From the NCBI GenBank assembly GCA_965249725.1, contig CBDFMQ010000002.1, positions 2,592,001 to 2,656,000 of the forward strand: 64,000 nucleotides of DNA, read 5' to 3'. The notes under the pieces were generated by a model. The model saw only the letters and a program-made list of their open reading frames with translations, had not been told where the DNA came from and ran no database searches. Source of the stretch: Longimicrobiales bacterium (GTDB taxonomy: Bacteria; Gemmatimonadota; Gemmatimonadetes; Longimicrobiales; Gaopeijiaceae). A program made the translations under genes and the position numbers. Below, in pieces: positions 9,799 to 18,464 of the stretch. Every line of letters begins with the position of its first letter. The stretch's first letter is position 1.

Positions 9799-9815
9799 GC
9801 AGATCTGGTAGAGCC

Positions 9816-9935
9816 GCCTAACGGATTGCGATTCACCTCACTGCGTTCGGTGGTCTCGGCGTAGAGCAAACCGATCTTCGAAATCAGTACGGCGCCTCGG
9901 CTCTACTGATGCACGGCTAAGATGCGTGATCGCGG
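9816..9935 (-). repeat. attC-like site 3, truncated (R'' side lost)
   Basis: 9818-9903 identical to 3282-3367 and 4569-4654; similarity fades after CTAAGATG. Confidence 0.75.
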
Positions 9936-9976
9936 TTGACCCATTGCTTCCTGTACTCACGCAATACTGGCATGTA

Positions 9977-10474
9977 CTAGTTGCGCTCGTCGAGATCCGG
10001 CGCCACCCAGTCGACCGGTGGAGGATTTCTCTTGCAGCGGTTTATATTCACTTTAAAACCTGCGTCGCAGCCATTCATTACCATACGCCGCTCAGCAATA
10101 CGCCAATTCGAATCGACGCGCACTAATCTGTCCTGATACTGGCCAAGGATCGTTGCAGTCGATCCATCAGAACGTTCGTGCCAGGCATGAACATAGCTAT
10201 TTGCCAGGGCACCGTCATTGTCGAATTTGATTTGAACGTTGGAAAGATGGTGTGAAGTTCTCGACCATCGCCACATCCGTTCAAGGGACTTTTCGAGCGC
10301 CGCAGCGCTGTTACTCTGAAGTCGTTCGTCCGGGCCGTAGTCGACTGTACAATCACTTGTGAAAAGCGCCGACAGCAACGGCAGATCCATTCGGTCAAGC
10401 GCATAGCAATATTGGATGAGCACATCGGTTATTTCTTGCCGGGCGATTAGAGATTCAGTTGATTGGGAACTTAT
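9977..10474 (-). CDS. SnoaL-like/NTF2 family protein
   Basis: EITDVLIQYCYALD, HHLSNVQI, GQYQDRLVR...WRIAERR; frame open up to an ATA behind GAGGAGG. Confidence 0.8.
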   Translation of the reverse strand: MSSQSTESLIARQEITDVLIQYCYALDRMDLPLLSALFTSDCTVDYGPDERLQSNSAAALEKSLERMWRWSRTSHHLSNVQIKFDNDGALANSYVHAWHERSDGSTATILGQYQDRLVRVDSNWRIAERRMVMNGCDAGFKVNINRCKRNPPPVDWVAPDLDERN

Positions 10475-10486
10475 GATCGGCCTCCT

Positions 10487-11263
10487 CTAGCGGACATAGG
10501 TCGCGCCGTTTACATCCAACGTGGCCCCGGATAAATGGCGGACGGTACCGGTGGCAAGAAATGCAATCAGATCGGCGATTTCTTCGGGCGGCACCCACTC
10601 ACCCATTGCCAAAGTACTGGTCACAATATCTTCGCCGCCCTGCAGCTCCGCGAAGTCCAGCGACATCTTGGTCCGTACGATTCCGGGTGCAATGATGTAC
10701 GTATAAATATTGTCTTTCGAGTAACCACGTGCGATTGACTGGGCTACTGCTTTAATCGCTCCTTTTGAAGCTGCATACGCGATCATGTCCGAGTTCGTAA
10801 CGCCACGTTGCGCAACCCAGCTCGACATCAGGATGATGACGCCACCGCCACGTTCTCGAAAATGTCGAACTGCCGCTCGCATCAGGCGTGCCTGCGCCTG
10901 AACATTTACCTGGAGATGGCTGGCCCACGCAGCATTCCAGTTTTCCTCGGTGTCGTCGATTCCGCCGGATGGATCGATCATCGCAGCATTGAGCACGAGC
11001 ACATCAACTCGACCGCGCCAACCGACCGCCTCCTCCCAAATACGCTCGACGGCCGCGTTGTCGTCAAAGTCTCCGCCAACGAAAAACTTGTGTTCAGTGG
11101 AAATTTTCGCGAGCGCAGCTTGCGCGCCTTCCAAATCGCCGTCCTTCCCCCGGTGATGTGCGATCAGCTCAGCACCGGAACTTCCGATGCGCTTCGCGGT
11201 TGCGGCACCAATCCCCTGCGATGCGCCGGTCAATAGAACAACTTTATCTTTCAGACTCTGCAT
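10487..11263 (-). CDS. SDR family oxidoreductase
   Basis: TGASQGIG, LNAA, YAASK motifs. Confidence 0.9.
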   Translation of the reverse strand: MQSLKDKVVLLTGASQGIGAATAKRIGSSGAELIAHHRGKDGDLEGAQAALAKISTEHKFFVGGDFDDNAAVERIWEEAVGWRGRVDVLVLNAAMIDPSGGIDDTEENWNAAWASHLQVNVQAQARLMRAAVRHFRERGGGVIILMSSWVAQRGVTNSDMIAYAASKGAIKAVAQSIARGYSKDNIYTYIIAPGIVRTKMSLDFAELQGGEDIVTSTLAMGEWVPPEEIADLIAFLATGTVRHLSGATLDVNGATYVR

Positions 11264-11476
11264 GCTTTTGACTCGGGTTGGGTGTAAGAGCAAATACAAA
11301 AATCGCGTTGATACCGCGTGTCGGTTGAATCTCCGGGTGAATGGAAAGCACGCGTCGCTCCGGCTCAGCGGTCGCGCCACCAACAGGCACTGCAATGTAC
11401 TGGCGGCCGTCCATTGCGTAACTTACCGGGTGAGCAGACACCGGTGCACTAACAATCGTCTCCCACAAAACTTCAC
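11244..11476 (-). pseudogene. C-terminal fragment of a PQQ-dependent dehydrogenase
   Basis: GEVLWET...PVSYAMDGRQYIAVPVG...NAIFVFAL. Confidence 0.75.
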
Positions 11477-11518
11477 CTTGCGCGCCTTCCAAATCGCCGT
11501 CCTTCCCCCGGTGATGTG
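11477..11518. repeat. 42-bp exact duplicate of 11119-11160 (inside the SDR gene)
   Basis: CTTGCGCGCCTTCCAAATCGCCGTCCTTCCCCCGGTGATGTG present at both positions. Confidence 0.95.
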
Positions 11519-11532
11519 ATCCGCCCCCACCC

Positions 11533-11675
11533 GCGGGTAGCTTCTCCAGTGCCTTCCGGAGCGCCGCGTCGATGTTGGCTGGAATCGCCGGACGTTGCTC
11601 TGTAGCTGACACAGGCTTACCCGCAATGATTTTGCCGAGTACCGCCTGCGCCGTGGTGCCCGGGCGGGGCTCGTT
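11533..11675 (-). pseudogene. Internal fragment of a Ser/Thr protein kinase gene
   Basis: GTTAQAVLGKIIAGKPVSATEQRPAIPANIDAALRKALEKLPA resembles kinase subdomains X-XI. Confidence 0.7.
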
Positions 11676-12020
11676 CTTCTATTGTGTACCTCCACGCGGC
11701 GTGGTCAACACCCGACTCGCCAGGCGCATCAAGACACGACGGTCAGCCTGGAGGGACACCATCCTGCCGGTGCATACGCCCGCACATCCTCCGGTGCGAT
11801 CCGCGCAACCTACCGATTCGAGTATCGAGTACAGAGGTCGATTTCGTCGGGCAGCGGATCGGAGTATTGCGACGGAGGGCGGCGTTCTTTGAAGGCTCCG
11901 GCGATCCACAGGACTCATCCATGGAGCGGTGTCTCGCTGGACCCTATGTGGACCCCAAAACGAAAAACGGCCAGCCCCTTAAGGGCCAGCCGTTCCCGTA
12001 ACTCCTTGTCCTGCAACTAG

Positions 12021-12093
12021 TGCCCCGCCAGGGACTCGAACCCCGAACCTACTGATTAAGAGTCAGTTGCTCTACCAGTTGAGCTAGCGGGGC
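12021..12093 (-). tRNA. tRNA-Lys(CTT)
   Basis: GCCCCGCTAGCTCAACTGGTAGAGCAACTGACT-CTT-AATCAGTAGGTTCGGGGTTCGAGTCCCTGGCGGGGCA; cloverleaf; CCA not encoded. Confidence 0.97.
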
Positions 12094-12190
12094 GGGCCTC
12101 CTCCGCTACGGAGGAGCATAGAAAGCTATTTTTCTGCACCGAGTGGTCAAGGTGCGGGAACGACCCTAGTGCCTTCCTTCCGGACCGGTC

Positions 12191-12580
12191 CTAGCTCCCG
12201 TCGTCCTCCACCACCTCGGGCCTCTGCAGGTCGAGTGAGTCGGAGTCCAAATGGGTCAGATGCCCGGCGGAGTTGCGGATCGACTCCCACGTCTCGGGAT
12301 CGCCCTCGATGTGGCATTCGGCACAACGCTCGTTCGGCACGTCTGCATGGACCTCGATCTCGATGGGCCGATCCACCACCTGGCTGAGGCCCATGGCACT
12401 CCGCTCCACGATGGTGGGCTGATGGCAGGCCTTGCAGCCGAGACCACGATGGGCGCTGCGTGCGAACTCCTCGAACGGCACCTCCATGAGGTGACAAGAG
12501 ACGCAGAAGTCGTTGTCGTGCTGGACGTAATCGTAGGTGCGATACGCGTAGAGGCCGGCCACGCCACCGGTGGCCACCAT
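12191..12580 (-). pseudogene. Probably truncated NapC/NirT-like multiheme cytochrome c
   Basis: CVSCH, CKACH, CAECH motifs; short TM remnant; abrupt end. Confidence 0.6.
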
Positions 12581-12677
12581 GCAAACACCCCTGCGTCCGT
12601 GGCCTGGGCTGCGGGCGTGGAGTGGGGCATTCCCTTACGTGTGGTTTATGGTCAGGAAAACGCCGGCACGTAGAGGC

Positions 12678-13862
12678 CTAGAACGCGGAGAGGCCGGTCA
12701 CCGCCTGCCCCAGGATCAGGCCGTGAATGTCGTGGGTGCCCTCGTAGGTGTAGACCGACTCCAGATTGGCCATGTGCCGCATGGAGTGGTACTCCACCAA
12801 GATCCCGTTCGCCCCGAGTAGCCGGCGGGCCTCGCGAGCGATGTCGCAGGCCATGTCACAGTTGGCCCGTTTCGCCAGCGACACCTGCTGCGGCGTCACC
12901 GTTCCGGCATCCTTCAGCCGCCCGAGCTGAAGGCACAGGAGCTGTCCCTGTGTGATCTTGGTCAGCATGTCGGCGAGCCGAACCTGTTGAATCTGCTTGG
13001 CCCCGATCGGCTCCCCGAACATCACCCGCTCCTTGGCGTAGCTCCGAGCCTCGTCGAAGCAGGCCATGGCGGCACCCACGGCCCCGAAGGCGATGCCGAA
13101 GCGTGCTTGCGTCAGACACTTGAGAGGACTCTTGAGTCCCCCGCTCTCGGGCATAAGCGCACGGTCGGGGACGTGAACGTCCTCCAGGTGCAGCTCGCTG
13201 GTGTCCGACGCCAGCAACGAGAGCTTGCCCTTCTGGTCTCGCGCCGAGAACCCGGGGGTATCGGTGGGCACGACGAACCCACGGATCCCCTTGGTGTCGC
13301 CGATCTCACCGGTCTGAGCCCAGACGATGGCCACATCGGCCATGGAGCCACTCGTGATCCACATCTTCGTGCCGTTCAGGAGCCACCCATCGTCGGTCTT
13401 CTTGGCCGTGGTGATCATGCCGCCGGGGTTCGACCCGTAGTCGGGCTCGGTCAGGCCGAAGCACCCGATCTTCTCCGCCGAAGCCAGCTTGGGGAGCCAC
13501 TCCTGCTTCTGCTCCTCACTCCCGAACGCGTAGATCGGGTACATGACCAACGCACCCTGCACCGACGCGAAGGAGCGGATGCCCGAGTCGCCCCGTTCGA
13601 GTTCCTGATTGATGAGACCGTAGGCCACGTTGTTGAGTCCGGCACAGCCGTACTCTTCCGGAAGGTTCGCGCCGAGCATGCCCATCTCGCCGAGCTCCGG
13701 AATGATCTCTTTGGGAAACGTGCGCTCGATGTACGCCTTGCCGATCAGCGGCATGACGCGGTCTTCCACCCACTCCCGGACGGTGTCCCGGATCATGCGC
13801 TCTTCTTCGCCGAGAAGACCGTCGACGTCGTAGAAGTCTATCCCCTGGTATTTGCCCGCCAT
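12678..13862 (-). CDS. Acyl-CoA dehydrogenase (glutaryl-CoA dehydrogenase-like)
   Basis: CFGLTEPDYGS, NGTKMWIT, TYEGTHDIH. Confidence 0.9.
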   Translation of the reverse strand: MAGKYQGIDFYDVDGLLGEEERMIRDTVREWVEDRVMPLIGKAYIERTFPKEIIPELGEMGMLGANLPEEYGCAGLNNVAYGLINQELERGDSGIRSFASVQGALVMYPIYAFGSEEQKQEWLPKLASAEKIGCFGLTEPDYGSNPGGMITTAKKTDDGWLLNGTKMWITSGSMADVAIVWAQTGEIGDTKGIRGFVVPTDTPGFSARDQKGKLSLLASDTSELHLEDVHVPDRALMPESGGLKSPLKCLTQARFGIAFGAVGAAMACFDEARSYAKERVMFGEPIGAKQIQQVRLADMLTKITQGQLLCLQLGRLKDAGTVTPQQVSLAKRANCDMACDIAREARRLLGANGILVEYHSMRHMANLESVYTYEGTHDIHGLILGQAVTGLSAF

Positions 13863-13908
13863 GGGTATGCCTCGATTGCATATGGTCGGTACGAACCGCA
13901 GGCTCAAA

Positions 13909-14259
13909 CTAGTGAGGATCTTCCTCGGGTGAAACGGCTTCGGAGGGACTCCCGTCGCTGGCCCGCGCGACGGTGTAGAAAACCTCGCGCGCCACTCGCG
14001 CACTGACATAGAACGCCGCCAGGACCGTCCCGATCCAGCCGCCGATCACAAGGTTGGAGGGCTGGACGTAGAACCAGATCCAAAGGGTGAGAACGACGGA
14101 GACGACGAGTCCCACGTACCAGCTCCGAGAGGTAGCCCGGCGGTGAGCGGCCTCACGGCATCCTTCGCACCAGAGCAGTCGATCGAGGTCGGGCCGGGGC
14201 TTCATGTCGCCGCACCGCAGACAGGCAATCTGCTCGCCGTGGCTGTCCCTCCAGCTCAC
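13909..14259 (-). CDS. Small membrane protein with a CxxC...CxxC ribbon
   Basis: CLRC, CEGC, two TM helices; start overlaps upstream stop. Confidence 0.7.
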   Translation of the reverse strand: MSWRDSHGEQIACLRCGDMKPRPDLDRLLWCEGCREAAHRRATSRSWYVGLVVSVVLTLWIWFYVQPSNLVIGGWIGTVLAAFYVSARVAREVFYTVARASDGSPSEAVSPEEDPH

Positions 14260-15269
14260 GACAACGACCGCACCAGGGCCTCGGTGAAGTCCGCCGTAGA
14301 AGCCTCCCCACCCATGTCCCGCGTGCGGGCCTCACCGGAGCGCACCACGCGGTCCAATGAGGTCCTGATACGGTCGGCGACTTCGGCCTGCTCGACGTGA
14401 TCGAGAAGCAGACACGCCGACAGGAGGAGTCCCGTCGGATTGGCGACACCCTGTCCGACGATATCCGGTGCGGATCCGTGCACCGCCTCGAACATCGCGG
14501 CGTCTTCGCCGATGTTGCCGGCCGGAGCGAATCCGAGCCCACCCACGAGCCCCGCCATCAGGTCGCTCAGGATATCGCCGAACATGTTCTCCATGACCAA
14601 CACGTCGAACTGGTACGGATCCAACACCAACGCCATGGCCGTAGCGTCGATAATCCGGTCCTCCCACTCGATCTCGGGATACGCGGCGGCCACCTCGCGC
14701 CCGACATCCAGGAACAGTCCCTGTGTGTACTTCAGGATGTTGGCCTTGTGGGCGAGCGTCACCTTCTTGCGACCGTGCCGCTGTGCGTAGTCGAAGGCAT
14801 ACCGGACGATGCGCTCGATGCCGAACCGGGTGACGATCATGACCGACTCGGCCGCAGCCTTCGGATCACCCTCCATACCGATGTAGTGCTCGACGCCGAC
14901 GTATAGCCCCTCCGTGTTTTCACGGATGAGGACGAGATCGATGTCCTCATACCGCCCCCCCGGTACGATGGTCAGGGCGGGTCGCACGTTGGCATAGAGA
15001 TCGAACTCTTTACGGAGCGCCACATTGATCGAGCGAAACCCGGAGCCGGACGGGGTTGTGAGCGGCCCCTTGAGCGACAAGCCACTGCTCCGGATCGAGT
15101 CGAGCGTCGCGTCGGGAAGCGGGGTGTGCACCGCGTCCAGAGCGGCGATACCGGCCAACTGCATGTCGTATTCGAGGTCTGCGCCGGCCGCCCGCAGAAT
15201 CTCGAGCGTGGCGTCGGTTACCTCGGGTCCGATCCCATCTCCGGGAATGACAGTGACGGTCTGGGTCAT
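14256..15269 (-). CDS. Isocitrate/isopropylmalate dehydrogenase family (NAD-IDH-like)
   Basis: PGDGIGPEV, SINVALRK, RENTEG, NMFGDILSD, FEAVHGSAPDI. Confidence 0.92.
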   Translation of the reverse strand: MTQTVTVIPGDGIGPEVTDATLEILRAAGADLEYDMQLAGIAALDAVHTPLPDATLDSIRSSGLSLKGPLTTPSGSGFRSINVALRKEFDLYANVRPALTIVPGGRYEDIDLVLIRENTEGLYVGVEHYIGMEGDPKAAAESVMIVTRFGIERIVRYAFDYAQRHGRKKVTLAHKANILKYTQGLFLDVGREVAAAYPEIEWEDRIIDATAMALVLDPYQFDVLVMENMFGDILSDLMAGLVGGLGFAPAGNIGEDAAMFEAVHGSAPDIVGQGVANPTGLLLSACLLLDHVEQAEVADRIRTSLDRVVRSGEARTRDMGGEASTADFTEALVRSLS

Positions 15270-15293
15270 GCGATGGTGCGTCCTTCGGAAGGA

Positions 15294-15821
15294 TCAGCGC
15301 TTCACGAACTCACTGCTGTAGGCGAACTCCGTGCGGTCTTCTCCCCACTCGACCAGATCCTCGAGGTACGAGGGCCGCTCCGTGCCTTCGAGTCGCGCCT
15401 TGCCCGCGACGTTCTTGGCGCGCTTCCAGGTCAGCTCATTAAGTCGATCCCTAGACAGGAACGCCCGAGCGACCTCAGTGTCGCGCCGACTCGTGCGCGT
15501 GATGACACGCACCCCGGCAAGACCGGGATACGCGTTGAGCACAGACTCGGTCTCTGCGGTGAACAGATAGATGTAGGGCCCCACCTTGGCCCACAGAGTA
15601 CCTCCACGGCGAACCTGCTGGAGCGGTTGGTTGACCAGAATCTCGAGTACGTTCCCGTTCACACGGACGCTGATGTCCGAAGCGGCGCTATAGTAGCCTC
15701 GCGCCTCGGCCTCGGACGGCAGTGTGAGGTCGGGTGCCTCGCAAGATGCAGCGCCCAAGAGCCCGATGGAGGCCAAGGCGAGCCCGACTCTGGAAATCCT
15801 GATCGCAAGCATGTTCTTCAT
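15294..15821 (-). CDS. Hypothetical lipoprotein
   Basis: Hydrophobic leader ending AASC; operonic spacing. Confidence 0.7.
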   Translation of the reverse strand: MKNMLAIRISRVGLALASIGLLGAASCEAPDLTLPSEAEARGYYSAASDISVRVNGNVLEILVNQPLQQVRRGGTLWAKVGPYIYLFTAETESVLNAYPGLAGVRVITRTSRRDTEVARAFLSRDRLNELTWKRAKNVAGKARLEGTERPSYLEDLVEWGEDRTEFAYSSEFVKR

Positions 15822-15825
15822 TCGT

Positions 15826-16467
15826 CTATCGCACATACCATAACAACGTTTCCGCCAGCCTCTCTACAGCCGACGCCACCGACCCGAAGTCCGATACCGG
15901 ACCCGGTCGACCCGCCACGACTCCAGTCCACATGACCCGGCCCGTCCGCACGTCCAGGACCGCCGAGACGATCTCTACGACCGAAACTCCCGCGGCCCCC
16001 TCGGCACCCGACCGAATGGCCACCGGAATGATGGCGATGTCGGACCGAACCAACTCGGCCAATCGGCGAATCTGTCCGTAGAGCGGGTCGCCGACCCGAT
16101 CGACCTCCGCCCCCAGAAACACGCCTACCGGCAAGCCGTCCACCGTGCTCTCGATGATGGGGGCACGGTCGAGCGTGGCCCGGAGTTCCTCGGGGAAGAC
16201 CCAGTCGATCTCACTGCCCCTCCCCCGGAAGGCGAAGGCGATCTCCGGGTCGACCTCTCCCGGCACTCCCTGCCTTAGTTGCACCGGGTAGACCATGACC
16301 CGTCTGCCCCGCAGATCAGGTACGAAGCCCCGCATGCCCCCGGCTTCGGGACCCGGGGCCGAACCACCCCCGCAGCCCTGCATGGTCAGAAATGCAAGCA
16401 CCATGCCTAAACAGCGGACAAACGCCGGATAGCACGCCGTACGGTCGAACAACTTCCGTGATTCCAT
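15826..16467 (-). CDS. Hypothetical lipoprotein (start uncertain)
   Basis: LAFLTMQGC leader; coding-like composition. Confidence 0.65.
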   Translation of the reverse strand: MESRKLFDRTACYPAFVRCLGMVLAFLTMQGCGGGSAPGPEAGGMRGFVPDLRGRRVMVYPVQLRQGVPGEVDPEIAFAFRGRGSEIDWVFPEELRATLDRAPIIESTVDGLPVGVFLGAEVDRVGDPLYGQIRRLAELVRSDIAIIPVAIRSGAEGAAGVSVVEIVSAVLDVRTGRVMWTGVVAGRPGPVSDFGSVASAVERLAETLLWYVR

Positions 16468-16565
16468 CGGTCTCCCATGTGCGACCGCGAGGTACGCAGG
16501 CACCCGGCGGATGAGCCAGAAGCTGAGCCGGTGAAACCTATTCAAAGCGCTGAATAGGGTACACC

Positions 16566-17063
16566 CTACTCGCCGGTGTCGGGCGCCTCGTCGGGCGCCT
16601 CGTCGGGCTCCTCGTCGGGCTCCTCGTCGGGCTCCTCGTCGGGCTCCTCGTCGGGCTCCTCGTCGGGCGCCTCCGACTCCAGGGTCAGCGCGGCGGAGTT
16701 GATGCAGTAGCGGAGGCCCGTGGGCTGGGGGCCGTCGGGGAAGATGTGTCCGAGATGTCCGTCACACGCCGCGCACAACACCTCGGTGCGCCGCATGCCC
16801 AAGGTGTTGTCCTCCTCGGTGCGGACGTTGTCCGAGTCCGCCGCCTCGTAGAAGCTGGGCCAACCGCACCCCGCGTCGAACTTGGTCTCGGAGTCGAACA
16901 AGCGCGTGCCGCAGCCGGCGCACACATAAGTCCCCGGGGCGGTGGTGTCCCAGTGCTCTCCCGTAAAGGCCCGCTCGGTCCCCTTCCTCCTGAGGACCTC
17001 GTACTGCTCGGGAGTCAGAGACTCACGCCATTCGGCATCGGTCTTGTTCGGCTTGTCGGACAC
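16566..17063 (-). CDS. msrB: Peptide-methionine (R)-S-oxide reductase
   Basis: [16 protein letters not shown] Zn ligands, [22 protein letters not shown]. Confidence 0.95.
   Translation of the reverse strand: MSDKPNKTDAEWRESLTPEQYEVLRRKGTERAFTGEHWDTTAPGTYVCAGCGTRLFDSETKFDAGCGWPSFYEAADSDNVRTEEDNTLGMRRTEVLCAACDGHLGHIFPDGPQPTGLRYCINSAALTLESEAPDEEPDEEPDEEPDEEPDEEPDEAPDEAPDTGE
16578..16673. repeat. 12-bp tandem repeat x8 encoding an acidic tail
   Basis: GTCGGGC(G/T)CCTC units; (PDEE/PDEA)n. Confidence 0.95.
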
Positions 17064-17143
17064 ACATCACTCCTGGACGGCGGGGGTTCGACTAACCCGA
17101 AAATCTAGTGAGGCTGGCAAGCGCCTGGCGGGCAAATGCCCTC

Positions 17144-18307
17144 CTAGCTGCCCCGCCAGACACCCGTGTCGGGCCTGAACACGCCCCATGCGAACCAGAA
17201 GTGGTTGCCGTGGACGACCTCTGTGAGCTGCCGTCCGGCCAACTCACCTGATACGGCCCGGCCCGAGAGATTCCACTGAGTGCCGGTCTCCCGATCGCGA
17301 AAGCGGCCGTCCCCTGCCGACTCGAAAGTGAGTGTCCGACCGCCCACATCAGGGGAGAACGCCGTAGACGACCCCACGTCCCGGCCTTTCGAGATCGCCG
17401 CATCGTCGACGGCGCTGGCCGTACCGGAGGCCCAGAAGACCACGACGTCCAAAGCGCCGACCCTGACCCGGGCCACTCGTTCCTCTGCCAACACCGAGAA
17501 GGGCACGGCCAGGTACTCCCCGTCACTCTCGAGGGCCACGACACGCTCCATGGGCGGGAGCCGGTCGTCTTTGCGCCCGTATCGGAAGAAGCGGTCCCAG
17601 GGTCCGTTCCCCCGATCGTACCCCTGATACGGGTTGTTCCCGTACCGCTCTCGAAAGTCGGCCGGGAAGCCGGTGTCTCGTGACAGGACCAGGGCTTCTC
17701 CCAACTGTTCCTTCACATCCCGCCAACTCATGACCGTGGCCGGCACTAAGGTCAGCCGCTCTCCAGCGTACTCACCCACCAGCCCCTCGCCCGTGGCTTG
17801 CTGCCACCATGTCTCGGACTGCCGGTCGTACATCACCAGGTCCGAGTGTCTCAATCGTCCCGTGGTACCGAACTCGAGAACGCGGCCGTCGAAGTTGCGG
17901 TCGACGGCGATGGTCGTGTTGCAGAGCGGACAGTAGGTGACGGTCACCGGGTCACCGCCAATCTCGTCGTTCACGATTTCGTGCCAAATGAGGATGGACA
18001 GCGGATAGGCCTTGGTAACGCCGTTTCGCTTGACCACGGCCACCGGCTCACGGTCGCCCAACCAATCGTCCGCCTCGTCGATGGTCACGAAATCGGGTCG
18101 ATCGATGGAGCGGATGCCATCCTTCGGTGGTCCCCCCGAAGTGATCTCCTCCAGCGGCACGATGGCCTTGCTGAAATCGGTCGACCACTCGTCCTGACCG
18201 GCTACCGCGGGACGCTGCTGACCCGACACCTCAGGGGGTGGTGACGAGCATGCCACGAACAGACCCAGGACGAGGATGTAGACCGGGTAGGTGCGAGTTG
18301 TGTTCAT
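17144..18307 (-). CDS. DUF3179 family lipoprotein
   Basis: Lipobox VAC; SGGPPKDGI, WHEIVND, YCPLCNT, HFWFAW. Confidence 0.9.
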   Translation of the reverse strand: MNTTRTYPVYILVLGLFVACSSPPPEVSGQQRPAVAGQDEWSTDFSKAIVPLEEITSGGPPKDGIRSIDRPDFVTIDEADDWLGDREPVAVVKRNGVTKAYPLSILIWHEIVNDEIGGDPVTVTYCPLCNTTIAVDRNFDGRVLEFGTTGRLRHSDLVMYDRQSETWWQQATGEGLVGEYAGERLTLVPATVMSWRDVKEQLGEALVLSRDTGFPADFRERYGNNPYQGYDRGNGPWDRFFRYGRKDDRLPPMERVVALESDGEYLAVPFSVLAEERVARVRVGALDVVVFWASGTASAVDDAAISKGRDVGSSTAFSPDVGGRTLTFESAGDGRFRDRETGTQWNLSGRAVSGELAGRQLTEVVHGNHFWFAWGVFRPDTGVWRGS

Positions 18308-18464
18308 GGGTCGTCCTTGCTTCCAGGAATGCTCTCACCCTACTCAACCCACCGCGCCGACGGGCCGTTCCAGCATCCCTGCGGCGCATCTTGCTCGCCC
18401 GCCATCCACGTGGTCTCTTGCAGCGTCAAACAGTCACACCACACCTCTGATCGAGCCTAGACCG

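Noticed and set aside
3282..9903. Identical repeats as a CRISPR array
   Set aside because: Units are 86 bp or longer, kilobases apart and bracket whole genes; no cas genes in the window
2590..12020. Integron or island integrase
   Set aside because: No ORF with tyrosine-recombinase R-H-R-Y motifs was seen
17149..17159. 11-bp match to the tRNA-Lys 3' end as an att site
   Set aside because: Inside a coding region, on the wrong side of the tRNA, and short enough to be chance
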